54,994 nucleotides of DNA, from positions 1 through 54,994 of IMG/VR virus record IMGVR_UViG_3300047352_000276. The stretch is one strand, 5' to 3'. How positions within the stretch are numbered: the stretch's first letter is position 1; every line of letters begins with the position of its first letter. The DNA comes from a virus (taxonomy: Duplodnaviria > Caudoviricetes). Positions 45,899 to 54,450 of this stretch are shown here, piece after piece. The position numbers and the translations under genes are program-made. The notes below the pieces were generated by a model. That model was not told the DNA's origin. It was given only the letters and a program-made list of their open reading frames with translations, and ran no database searches.

Positions 45899-46361
45899 TA
45901 AGATCGTCTCCAGAAAGTCTGCTGATGTCTAATATTTTTCGCTCTTCTATTTGGGCTTTGACCTCCACAGCTTTGAGGTCTGGGACGCATTTACCGAGAA
46001 GAGTTTTCGCCGCCATGACCCGCAACTCTGGGTCAGCGGCTATGGCTCCAGCTTTTGTTGCCAGACCCTCTGCGTCTTTCACGTAAACCGGAAACATCTC
46101 TTTTCCGGCCATGACAGCTGACAAGAACCCGACAGGGTCAGCTTGGCCCATGATCCAGTTGATCGTTGCGTTGTGGTTCCATTTGTATTTATTTTTTCTG
46201 CCACGGGAAACCTTTTGTTTGGCCATTGGCTCAACTGACTTGAATTTGCCGTCCCATGCCTCTGGCTTAACTGGTGGGCCATTGTTTATTGGCCTCTGAA
46301 CTATGGTTTTCGGCTCCTTGGGCTTGGGAGGACGACCAAGTTTCTTTTTCTCTTTGTTCAT
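45792..46361 (-). CDS. terS: Putative terminase small subunit
   Basis: Directly upstream of and overlapping terL; GRPPK, AAKTLLGKCVPDLKAVE. Confidence 0.6.
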   Translation of the reverse strand: MNKEKKKLGRPPKPKEPKTIVQRPINNGPPVKPEAWDGKFKSVEPMAKQKVSRGRKNKYKWNHNATINWIMGQADPVGFLSAVMAGKEMFPVYVKDAEGLATKAGAIAADPELRVMAAKTLLGKCVPDLKAVEVKAQIEERKILDISRLSGDDLNAIERVLEHAVIDGDQSGEDETLTEGVYQELMADD

Positions 46362-46435
46362 TTTCTTTAGCCTTTCAACCTTGCTTGCAGTGGTCAACTG
46401 AAAAATAACTGAGCCAACTATCGCTGATCTTTGGG

Positions 46436-46485
46436 CAAAAAGAAACCCTCCATCTTTGCAGTGCGAAACCTAGCCGGATGGAGGG
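46436..46485 (-). terminator. Terminator-like stem-loop upstream of terS
   Basis: CCCTCCATC (46446) / GATGGAGGG (46477) 9-bp inverted repeat, followed by TTTCTTTTTG on the - strand. Confidence 0.5.
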
Positions 46486-46518
46486 CAGTGAGGAGAAAGT
46501 AGTATGAATGAAAACACA

Positions 46519-46656
46519 TTACTCTTTTTTGTTAACAAAAGCAACAGCTCTGGCCAGAAACAACTTAGCATCATGGACAGCATGCATTATCCGCAGCTGC
46601 CTCCTGACTTCTTGTTGTTGGCGCAACAGCTCTTGGCGTTGTTGCTCAGGACTCAT
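46519..46656 (-). CDS. Hypothetical protein (45 aa)
   Basis: Read manually: MSPEQQRQELLRQQQEVRRQLRIMH... Confidence 0.4.
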   Translation of the reverse strand: MSPEQQRQELLRQQQEVRRQLRIMHAVHDAKLFLARAVAFVNKKE

Positions 46657-47429
46657 TTAGGTGCCCCTTTTAATGGTGCATCATTTATTTTATCAGCCCT
46701 ATCCCAAAATTTCTTTCTGTTTTTATAAAACATCGGCATAGGATCATCTCGGAAAACCATCCCAGCACCGTAATTCAATATTGATTCTGAGAAGTCTTCT
46801 TTGCTTATGAGGTGGTGTCTGATTTCTATTTTTCTCTCAGTCATTGGATGCATAATAGCCATTGGGGTCAGAGATGGGACTCTGAATGTCACTTCTTCTT
46901 TTTTTGGGCAAACAAGGTAATTCATTTCGAGAGATGATTGGTTTTTAAACTCTAATATTCCTGGCAAAAGAGTGAAATGTTCAAAAAAGTCTCTTTGGCT
47001 CCATGTTGGTTGGGTGTAGCTAAAATATATCATTTCCCGCATTTTTATCGCCCAGACAGAAACCAGTTTGATGTTGTGCCTTTTGTTTTGCGAGAAGCCT
47101 TCAAACTGTTCGCCAGCGTGCTGTTCAGTTTTAAAATCTTTGTTTGAAAATCTCCACTCATATTTGTTTTCTTCAATCGAGGCGACTTTTACCTCAAGCT
47201 CTCCCCAAAGAGGGACGACAATTCCTTTGCCGTAATATTCTGAGAATGCCCTGCAATTTTTTATTGTTGCGCCTTTGGGGCACGTTTTTGGCGTGTCTTT
47301 CCACCAGTCAGGGATGTGGTTTTTGCCTTCAGATATTTTGGCATGGTTATAAGCATATGTTGAATATGTATAACAATCCATGATTAGAGGCTTATCCTCT
47401 TTCTTGAACAGACCCAACGAAAACTCCAT
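46653..47429 (-). CDS. Hypothetical protein (AT-rich; start uncertain)
   Basis: IPDWWK...TIKNC...GIVVPLW...LLPGIL...TPMA; long clean ORF. Confidence 0.65.
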   Translation of the reverse strand: MEFSLGLFKKEDKPLIMDCYTYSTYAYNHAKISEGKNHIPDWWKDTPKTCPKGATIKNCRAFSEYYGKGIVVPLWGELEVKVASIEENKYEWRFSNKDFKTEQHAGEQFEGFSQNKRHNIKLVSVWAIKMREMIYFSYTQPTWSQRDFFEHFTLLPGILEFKNQSSLEMNYLVCPKKEEVTFRVPSLTPMAIMHPMTERKIEIRHHLISKEDFSESILNYGAGMVFRDDPMPMFYKNRKKFWDRADKINDAPLKGAPK

Positions 47430-47658
47430 CTTTGAAGAACTTGGCGAAAGCGAAAGGATCACGCTTTTGACGACGACGCATCTCATCCGAGTAAGTCATC
47501 CGCTGATCGGCGTAATAGTTTTCCTTCTCAGGATTCCAACCGCGCATTGCTTCCCCAGCTTCACGACAATCTTGAATGACAAAAGCCAACTCATCGTCGG
47601 TGCACTTCCTCGCCATGGATGTCCACTTGGCGAACTCTGCAGCTGTTGCCCCACTCAT
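47392..47658 (-). CDS. Hypothetical early protein
   Basis: Coupled to the upstream ORF; ENYYADQ.MTYSDE. Confidence 0.6.
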   Translation of the reverse strand: MSGATAAEFAKWTSMARKCTDDELAFVIQDCREAGEAMRGWNPEKENYYADQRMTYSDEMRRRQKRDPFAFAKFFKDGVFVGSVQERG

Positions 47659-47843
47659 TGGGACAACTCCATGTGCTTTTGGTTCATCGCCATGAACACC
47701 CCAGAAACCACATCAGCACTCTCGTCACCCAGACGAACCTGCCAGACGCCAGCCCAATCGGTGGCACAAACAACTGTGGCCTTGCGACCGAAGTAAAAAC
47801 AATCCTCATCACGGATGATGATCTTGTCGTTGCGATTAAACAT
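47655..47843 (-). CDS. Hypothetical early protein
   Basis: ATG 47843 after TGAGAAAGGA RBS, downstream of P3. Confidence 0.6.
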   Translation of the reverse strand: MFNRNDKIIIRDEDCFYFGRKATVVCATDWAGVWQVRLGDESADVVSGVFMAMNQKHMELSQ

Positions 47844-47892
47844 AAGCAGTTCCTTTCTCAAACCAACAGGGCCAATCCCAGCCAGCAAAGAT

Positions 47893-47921
47893 AGTATCGC
47901 TTTATTCTGCTAAAAAGGCAA
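47893..47921 (-). promoter_or_regulatory. Sigma70-like promoter P3
   Basis: On - strand TTGCCT-17 nt-GATACT. Confidence 0.75.
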
Positions 47922-47929
47922 CAAAAAAG

Positions 47930-48290
47930 ATTCCCAATGTTTACAATCACTTGCAGAAGGTTCCCAGTCTCTGGGTTCTCGTCCCCAATCAAAACACGAC
48001 TCTGGAAACGACTATTGTTGTTTGTTTGCAATCACTTGCAAGATTCGTAACCCACGTTCCCAGTCTTTTGCTGATTTTGAACAACAAAAAAATAACCTGA
48101 AATATTCCCTTATAGTAAAGCAAAAAAGGACGGGTCAGAAAACAACTGCACACAAAAGGTTGGTTTCGCTGGGAACGCTGTTGTTATAAAACAATAATTT
48201 TTATTTTTGCTTCCATAACAGCTTTCTTTGAAATTTTCTTGTTTTCTTTTTATTTTTTTGCAGGCATACTCAAAGCTCACTGAGAAAGGA
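47930..48290. other. Non-coding divergence region with short repeats (candidate origin or genome terminus)
   Basis: Strand switch point; TGTTTRCAATCACTTGCA x2, GTTCCCAGTCT x2, inverted CTGGGAAC, T-rich tract. Confidence 0.55.
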
Positions 48291-48296
48291 CACTCT

Positions 48297-48659
48297 ATGC
48301 CTAAAGTTTACGTCGTCAATCGTCCGAGAGAAAACAAGTTTGGGTGGACCCCTGACTTGAGTGATGCATCGCGTTATGGTGCATTGGAGATTGTGTTTGA
48401 GCCCGAGGACAAGCCACAATTTGTCCCAGGACCATCCATCCAAAAAGCTCGGAGGATAATGAAAGATTTCGGGTCAGAGGATTACATCCTGTGGCCAGGA
48501 GGTGGTGACCCTATTGCTGTGATGGTGTGCTGCATGATCGCATCAGAAATGTCACCAGTCGTGCGCATCCTACGTTGGGAGCGTAATTTTGAAGAGGGAG
48601 ACAGGGATCGCCGGAAAGGTTGGTACATGCCTGTTGCCCTCGAAATGAGAAAGGCTTAA
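48297..48659 (+). CDS. Hypothetical protein
   Basis: ATG after TGAGAAAGGA; DLSDASRYG, GDPIA. Confidence 0.7.
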   Translation: MPKVYVVNRPRENKFGWTPDLSDASRYGALEIVFEPEDKPQFVPGPSIQKARRIMKDFGSEDYILWPGGGDPIAVMVCCMIASEMSPVVRILRWERNFEEGDRDRRKGWYMPVALEMRKA

Positions 48660-48660
48660 C

Positions 48661-49251
48661 ATGAAAGAGCAAGTAGATCTGCTTGAGGACGTGGCACCTG
48701 CGTCCAATGAATTAGGTGCAATTTCTGACATGGCTCAAAAGATGTTCAACATTCAAGCTGAGTGTGAAAATCTGGAGATGCTGTTGAAGAATAGAAAGCT
48801 GGATCTAAAAGCAATCGCCGAACAAGACTTGCCTGATTTAATGCAAGAACTGAACATCAAGGAATTCACCCTGACCAATGGTGCCAAGGTGGAGATCAAA
48901 GATGTTATCACAGGCTCAGTCCCCAGTGCAGGTGCAATCGCACGTGCCAAAGGTGACACCCAAGACGAGCTGGCGATACGGCAACAACAATGCTTTGAAT
49001 GGTTGCGCGGCAATGGTGCTGGCGACTTAATCAAGAGCAATGTTGAGGTCCAGTTTGGGCGCAATGAAGATGACGAATGCAATGCCTTCACAGAAGAGCT
49101 GCGCGAACGTCAACTTTATTATAAGCGTGCAATTGGTGTCCATCCGTCCTCACTCAACAGCTTCATCAAAGAGCGTTTGAGCGAAGGCAAAGACATCCCC
49201 CTAGATCTGTTCAGAGTTTACACAGGTCGCACAGCCAACATCAGGAGATAA
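48661..49251 (+). CDS. Replication-module protein
   Basis: LPDLMQE, FEWLR.NG.GDLIK, VHPSSL..FIKE; precedes the SSB-like gene. Confidence 0.7.
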   Translation: MKEQVDLLEDVAPASNELGAISDMAQKMFNIQAECENLEMLLKNRKLDLKAIAEQDLPDLMQELNIKEFTLTNGAKVEIKDVITGSVPSAGAIARAKGDTQDELAIRQQQCFEWLRGNGAGDLIKSNVEVQFGRNEDDECNAFTEELRERQLYYKRAIGVHPSSLNSFIKERLSEGKDIPLDLFRVYTGRTANIRR

Positions 49252-49255
49252 TCTT

Positions 49256-50059
49256 ATGGCGAAGAAAGAATTAGCGAAGAAAGAAGAAAGCAATGGTGTG
49301 TCCATGTCTGTAATGGATATGTGGCTTGAGGATGCAGGGTCAGCCAGCGAGGGAATGTCCAAAGACGACATGATGATCCCACGCCTGTCCATCCTGCAAC
49401 AAATGTCCCCGCAGATCAATAAGCGTGATGGCGCATATGTTGATGGGGCTGAAGCTGGCCATATCTATGACAATGTTGCCAACGAAGTCTATGATGGAGA
49501 AAGCGGGATCACAGTGGTTCCGATCAGTTATCGTCGCGCCCACATTGAGTGGAAAGCCGATCGTGGTGGGTTGGTTGCCGACCATGGCTCAGACAGCGCA
49601 TGCTTGGACAATTGCACTCGTGGCAGTCGCGGTGAATATCTCACCGACGAAGGCAATGAGATTGTTCCCACAGGCGAATATTTTGTGTATGTTGTTGAGG
49701 ACGAAGGGAACTATTCCCCAGCAATGCTCTCAATGAGCAAGTCTCAGCTGAAGCGTGCACGCCAATGGAACTCAATGATCAACCGTCTGCAGGTTCCCCA
49801 TCCACAAGGTGGAGGAGCAATCAATCCTGCGATGTTCTGGAACGCCTACACGCTGTCCACAGTCCCAGAAGAAAATGATCAAGGCTCTTGGTTTGGGTGG
49901 AGTGTGAAGATGAAGTTTGACGCTAAGTCTGGCGGCATCTTGGAGAACAACCCCAATGGTACTGAAATTTATTTGGCTGCACGTGACTTCAAGCAACAGG
50001 TCGCATCTGGTGCCCTGAAGCCAACAGGCCCAGTCAATGACAATGAGGTGCCATTCTAA
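49256..50059 (+). CDS. Putative single-stranded DNA-binding protein
   Basis: PRLSILQ.MSPQ, MSKSQLK.ARQWNS, acidic C-terminal tail NDNEVPF. Confidence 0.6.
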   Translation: MAKKELAKKEESNGVSMSVMDMWLEDAGSASEGMSKDDMMIPRLSILQQMSPQINKRDGAYVDGAEAGHIYDNVANEVYDGESGITVVPISYRRAHIEWKADRGGLVADHGSDSACLDNCTRGSRGEYLTDEGNEIVPTGEYFVYVVEDEGNYSPAMLSMSKSQLKRARQWNSMINRLQVPHPQGGGAINPAMFWNAYTLSTVPEENDQGSWFGWSVKMKFDAKSGGILENNPNGTEIYLAARDFKQQVASGALKPTGPVNDNEVPF

Positions 50060-50155
50060 AACAACCCAGTGGGTTGTTAGGCAATCTGTGCTTCAACGTG
50101 CTTTCCATCTTTTCATGTTGGGGTGCAGATTGCCGACGATTCAGAAAGGAACATC

Positions 50156-51688
50156 ATGCAACAAACAAAAAGATTCATGAAGTTGTTTCGTGGTTACGAA
50201 CACGCACATGGACAATATCGAGTTCAGAAGACAGAAGCAGACGGCAAAATGTCTGGCCGTGCACTGACCATCAGCGAGCCAGCCACCCAAGAGAATTTTG
50301 AGTCTCACCTGAATGGTGGCGACTACATCCTAGGCATCATCATGCTGCGAGAAAACAACTCTTGCAATTTTGGTGTGATCGACATTGACATCCGAGGTGA
50401 CGTAAAGCTCAACGAGAGTTTGGAGTCTCTGGAAGAAAAGATACGCTCCACCCCATTGGTGTTGTGCAGGTCAAAGTCTGGTGGCGCACATTTGTACTTG
50501 TTCTGCGAACCTGCCATAGCAGCCATTGACATGGTCGCCAAGCTCAACGAGTTTGCAGCTGGGCTAGGGTACGGTGGCGCTGAAGTTTTTCCCAAGCAAA
50601 TCAGCCGCGCAAACGAACGTGATCGTGGCAACTGGATCAACCTATGTTATTGGGATGGCGACAAGTCTGAGCGGCATGCAATCCATGAAGGCAAAAAGCT
50701 CAACCTGAAAAAGTTTTTAGATCTTGCGGAGAAGAAGCGCACCACCTATGAGGCTCTGGAAAACTTCAAGCCTGACCTGACGAACAAGTTTGAGGATGGG
50801 CCGCCATGCCTTCAACACATAATGACCATGGGCTTCCCAGAAGGTGGACGAAACATTTCTTTGTTCAATGTGGGCGTTTATTATCGCAAGAAGAACCCAG
50901 ACGATTGGCAAGAAGATCTGATGAGGTTCAATTACGAAAGCATGAGCGAACCCCTGCCCTCTGGTGAGGTCAATGGCCTGATCAAGTCTGTCAGCAAAAA
51001 AGACTATGCCTACACTTGCAAGCAATCTCCAATTTGCAACTATTGCGAGAAGTCCAAGTGCATGAAGCGAGAGTTTGGCATTGGTGGGATCGGTGGTGGT
51101 CAAGCCATAGAGATAGATGCCATCACGAAGTACGAAACTGAGAACAGACAATCCGTGCGATGGTACATCGAGATAGGTGGTGAGCGAATAGAAGTCACGA
51201 CCCAACAACTTTTGGACCAACGCCAACTGCAAAAGCTGTGTGTTGAAAAGCTCAACAAGTGTCCGAGCACAATGCCAGGACAGCGTTGGGAACAGCGCAT
51301 CAACGAGCTGTTGACCAGTGTTGAGGTGATCTTGGACCCAGACGATGCATCACCCCAAGGCCAATTTGAAAAGATGCTTGACAGCTTCCTGACTGGCAAA
51401 GTCCAAGCTCGCCAAAGAGACGAGATCATGAATGGCAAGCCATGGCACGACATTGACGATGGAAAGGTTTACTTCCGATCAGAAGACCTATTTATTTATC
51501 TTGAGGCTAGGAGGTTCAGATATCCATCCCAGCACCAAGTCTGGTCTTGGCTCAGGACTGTGGGTGGTGACCGCAAGGCATTCCGAATCAAATCTAAGCC
51601 AGTCAAGGTCTGGTCTGTTCCGGCTCCAGACTTCTATCAAGACGACGATGACTTGAATATTCCGAGTGGCGTGACAGAGGAGTTTTGA
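50156..51688 (+). CDS. AEP-superfamily primase with Cys-rich C-terminal domain
   Basis: IDID, RSKSGGAHLY, EVFPKQ, PPCL, GGRN, CKQSPICNYCEKSKC. Confidence 0.75.
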   Translation: MQQTKRFMKLFRGYEHAHGQYRVQKTEADGKMSGRALTISEPATQENFESHLNGGDYILGIIMLRENNSCNFGVIDIDIRGDVKLNESLESLEEKIRSTPLVLCRSKSGGAHLYLFCEPAIAAIDMVAKLNEFAAGLGYGGAEVFPKQISRANERDRGNWINLCYWDGDKSERHAIHEGKKLNLKKFLDLAEKKRTTYEALENFKPDLTNKFEDGPPCLQHIMTMGFPEGGRNISLFNVGVYYRKKNPDDWQEDLMRFNYESMSEPLPSGEVNGLIKSVSKKDYAYTCKQSPICNYCEKSKCMKREFGIGGIGGGQAIEIDAITKYETENRQSVRWYIEIGGERIEVTTQQLLDQRQLQKLCVEKLNKCPSTMPGQRWEQRINELLTSVEVILDPDDASPQGQFEKMLDSFLTGKVQARQRDEIMNGKPWHDIDDGKVYFRSEDLFIYLEARRFRYPSQHQVWSWLRTVGGDRKAFRIKSKPVKVWSVPAPDFYQDDDDLNIPSGVTEEF

Positions 51689-51689
51689 A

Positions 51690-51836
51690 ATGATAAACCG
51701 TGATGAATATGAAAGAGTCTGCGAAGAAAATCGTGAGCTTAAAGAAAGGCTCGAAAAGATAACAAGAGAGCTGTTCGTGGTTTATTGCACAGCCAAGAAA
51801 GTTTTAGGGGGAGAAGATGCTGCTGGAAAAGAATAA
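51690..51836 (+). CDS. Hypothetical protein (48 aa)
   Basis: Read manually; RBS GAGGAG; coiled coil. Confidence 0.5.
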   Translation: MINRDEYERVCEENRELKERLEKITRELFVVYCTAKKVLGGEDAAGKE

Positions 51837-52122
51837 GTTAGCCAAGGCCAAGTTTGCGGAGATCCTTGAAAGAAACCTGCAACCCAGACCAGAAGCATAC
51901 CATTATGCAGAGGCTGTTGTTTGTGATTTTTGCGGCCAATACACACGTGGCAAGATTTACAAGAAATGGAGCCTCCATGAACTCGCATTGCGCACAACAG
52001 TCGACTGCGATTCATGCTTCACAGAACTCTTTCAGAAAGGAATAGAATATCATGAGGAAAGTCCAGATCATCCTCGGACCTCCAGGAACGGGCAAAACAA
52101 CCAAGCTGCTGGGGATAGTTGA
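51817..52122 (+). CDS. Zinc-finger hypothetical protein
   Basis: CDFCG...CDSC. Confidence 0.5.
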   Translation: MLLEKNKLAKAKFAEILERNLQPRPEAYHYAEAVVCDFCGQYTRGKIYKKWSLHELALRTTVDCDSCFTELFQKGIEYHEESPDHPRTSRNGQNNQAAGDS

Positions 52123-53512
52123 GGACGCACTCAAGCGCGGCATTCCCCCAGAGCGCATTGCTTACTTAGCCTTCACTCGCAAAGCAGCCCACGAAGCTGC
52201 AGAGCGTGCAATGGATCAGTTTGGTTTCGATGAGAGCAGGTTCCCATATTTCCGGACACTTCATTCTTTGGCCTTCAAAGAACTAGGACTGCAACGAGAT
52301 GAAGTAATGACCAATAACCACTATCGCAAATTTGGCAAGGCAATGGGTGTTGAATTCAAAGGCATATATGATGAAGATCTTGGCATTCACACTGGTGATG
52401 GCTTGGGGGACAAATGTTCACGAGTTGAGTCTCTGGCTAGAGTTGGCCTACGCACAGTTGAACAACAACACCACATTTCCAAGATCAATGACCTGACCCT
52501 GCATGCGGTGCGACAATATGATTCTGCGTTGCGTGTTTATAAGCATGACAATGGATTGCTGGACTTCACTGACATGTTGGAGCAATATGAGTCCGCACTG
52601 CCAGTCGACATTTGCATCTTTGACGAGGCGCAAGACTTGAGCTCATTGCAATATCGAATGGCAATCTTAGCCAGCAGCCAAGCCTCAGAAGTTTACATAG
52701 CAGGGGACGACGACCAAGCCATCTTTGGCTGGGCAGGAGCAGACGTTGCCAAATTCCTGTCATTGAAAGGTGAGCGAGTCGTGCTGCCCCAAAGCTATCG
52801 CATCCCCAAAGCTGTGCACAACCTTGCGTTGGAAGTTGTCAGCCGCATCAAGAACAGATATGAAAAGCCATGGTCACCACGCCAACAGCAAGGTTCTGTC
52901 GAGTGGGTGGCTGACGAACAACAAGCTGACTTCTCTGGGCAGGGGACTTGGATGTGTCTCAGTCGCAGCAAGTATCTGCTCAACAGGTTCAAGCAATCCG
53001 CAAGGCAACAAGGCTATGCATACCTGTTGAACGGCAAGCACTCCTTGGACAATGAAGAAACCAAAGCAATCTTGAGTTGGCAAAGGCTGAAGTCAGGCAA
53101 GCACCTGACCGTGCATGAAGCCAAGAACATAATCAAGTTTTTCTCTTTCACAGTTGACCTGCCTAAGAAAGAGTCATATGATCTCAATGATCTGGGTCTG
53201 CCAGACGAGGCAAAGAATCTTGATTGGATGACAATGTTAAAAGGCATCGCCCCAGACGAGCGGGAATATCTCCGATCTTGCTTGCGCAATGGGGAGAAGT
53301 TTTCGAACAAGCCAAGAATATCAATCTCAACAATCCACCAGTCCAAAGGTGGTGAGGCTGACAATGTGGTCTTGACAACTGACATGGGTCGATTGAGTTG
53401 GGAGAATTCACACACCGACGAAGAGAATCGAGTGTGGTATGTGGCATTGACCAGAGCCAAAGAGAACTTGTTTGTCGTGCGTCCTCGCAATTTGATGCAC
53501 TATCAGCTATGA
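52052..53512 (+). CDS. UvrD/Rep-like SF1 helicase
   Basis: GPPGTGKT, FTRKAA, TLHS, DEAQD, GDDDQAI, QSYR, STIHQSKGGE, YVALTRA. Confidence 0.92.
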   Translation: MRKVQIILGPPGTGKTTKLLGIVEDALKRGIPPERIAYLAFTRKAAHEAAERAMDQFGFDESRFPYFRTLHSLAFKELGLQRDEVMTNNHYRKFGKAMGVEFKGIYDEDLGIHTGDGLGDKCSRVESLARVGLRTVEQQHHISKINDLTLHAVRQYDSALRVYKHDNGLLDFTDMLEQYESALPVDICIFDEAQDLSSLQYRMAILASSQASEVYIAGDDDQAIFGWAGADVAKFLSLKGERVVLPQSYRIPKAVHNLALEVVSRIKNRYEKPWSPRQQQGSVEWVADEQQADFSGQGTWMCLSRSKYLLNRFKQSARQQGYAYLLNGKHSLDNEETKAILSWQRLKSGKHLTVHEAKNIIKFFSFTVDLPKKESYDLNDLGLPDEAKNLDWMTMLKGIAPDEREYLRSCLRNGEKFSNKPRISISTIHQSKGGEADNVVLTTDMGRLSWENSHTDEENRVWYVALTRAKENLFVVRPRNLMHYQL

Positions 53513-53598
53513 GTAAGCTCTTGGAAACATTGGGAGAAAAATTATTTTCATCAAAATTGAATTTTTTTGTTGCCTTCTCCTGCGACATCAGCGATACT
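53513..53598 (+). promoter_or_regulatory. Sigma70-like promoter P4 with upstream conserved boxes (drives the operon across the junction)
   Basis: TTGCCT(53570)-17 nt-GATACT(53593); upstream box shared with P1. Confidence 0.75.
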
Positions 53599-53626
53599 AC
53601 GATTGTCAACTGAGAAAGGAAATGAC

Positions 53627-54280
53627 ATGAACAACCCAACCTTCGCCCTCGACATCAAATCTCTCGTCGTCAAAGCCTACGTCAGCAGCAAAGTTGCACG
53701 GTCACAAGGCAACGGCGCGATCATCTTCACCTCTGCTGAAGAGCTGCTGGCTGACCGCAACATCACAGGCAAGATCCTTGTGGACGCTTTCAATGAAGTC
53801 TCCCTCAAGACTGTCAAAAAGTTTTCCGACAACAAGACTGCTGCTCGTCGTTACATGGCTGCGATTGGTGGCCTGCACGTCGACCCCACAGGTTGCTGGG
53901 ACACTGGCTGGGACGTGCCCACCTCCAAGCCAACCCCACAGGTCGCTGCACTCCCAGGAATGACACCACTCGGTCTCCCTGCAGACAAGTCAGCGCCAGC
54001 CATCAAAGGTGCTCTCTCCGAGATTGTCGTCACAACCACTGACATCACCCCACCAATGCCAACCAAGGCTCGCGGTGCATTCGCTGGCAAGACAATCCGC
54101 GTGATTGAGCTTGACAATCCTCGCAAGGAAGGCACTCGTGCCCACAAGACATATAGCCTTTACGTCTCTGGTGGCAGCTACGAAGATCTGGTTGCGAACG
54201 CTGCTGGCTGGAGCACCAAAGGTGGCGTCAGAGAAGATGTTGCCCATGACATTAAAAAAGGACGCATCGAGCTGATATGA
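53627..54280 (+). CDS. Hypothetical protein
   Basis: ATG after TGAGAAAGGA; C-terminal NPRKEGT.A...Y...D..KGRI domain. Confidence 0.7.
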   Translation: MNNPTFALDIKSLVVKAYVSSKVARSQGNGAIIFTSAEELLADRNITGKILVDAFNEVSLKTVKKFSDNKTAARRYMAAIGGLHVDPTGCWDTGWDVPTSKPTPQVAALPGMTPLGLPADKSAPAIKGALSEIVVTTTDITPPMPTKARGAFAGKTIRVIELDNPRKEGTRAHKTYSLYVSGGSYEDLVANAAGWSTKGGVREDVAHDIKKGRIELI

Positions 54281-54450
54281 CCTGCAAAGATTGCTATAAG
54301 CCAAAACTCAACGAGCAGGAGATTCGCCTCTTGCTCGTTGCGCTTGATGCTTGTATATTCCCGATTGAGCAATCCGTGCCACAAGCAATAACAACCCATG
54401 CAGCGGCCAAGAGAGCCGAACGCAAACTCAGGAAGATGTTGGAGGAATAA
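54277..54450 (+). CDS. Hypothetical protein (57 aa)
   Basis: Read manually; ATGA overlap upstream and TAATG overlap with the flavoprotein. Confidence 0.55.
   Translation: MTCKDCYKPKLNEQEIRLLLVALDACIFPIEQSVPQAITTHAAAKRAERKLRKMLEE

Noticed and set aside
47930-48200. CRISPR-like mini-array
   Set aside because: Repeats are short (11-18 nt), only two copies each, irregularly spaced, and no cas genes are present
48239-48270. Fifth copy of the promoter family (CATACT before a TGAGAAAGGA RBS)
   Set aside because: The -10-like hexamer is present but there is no matching -35 at 17-nt spacing; plausible but unsupported
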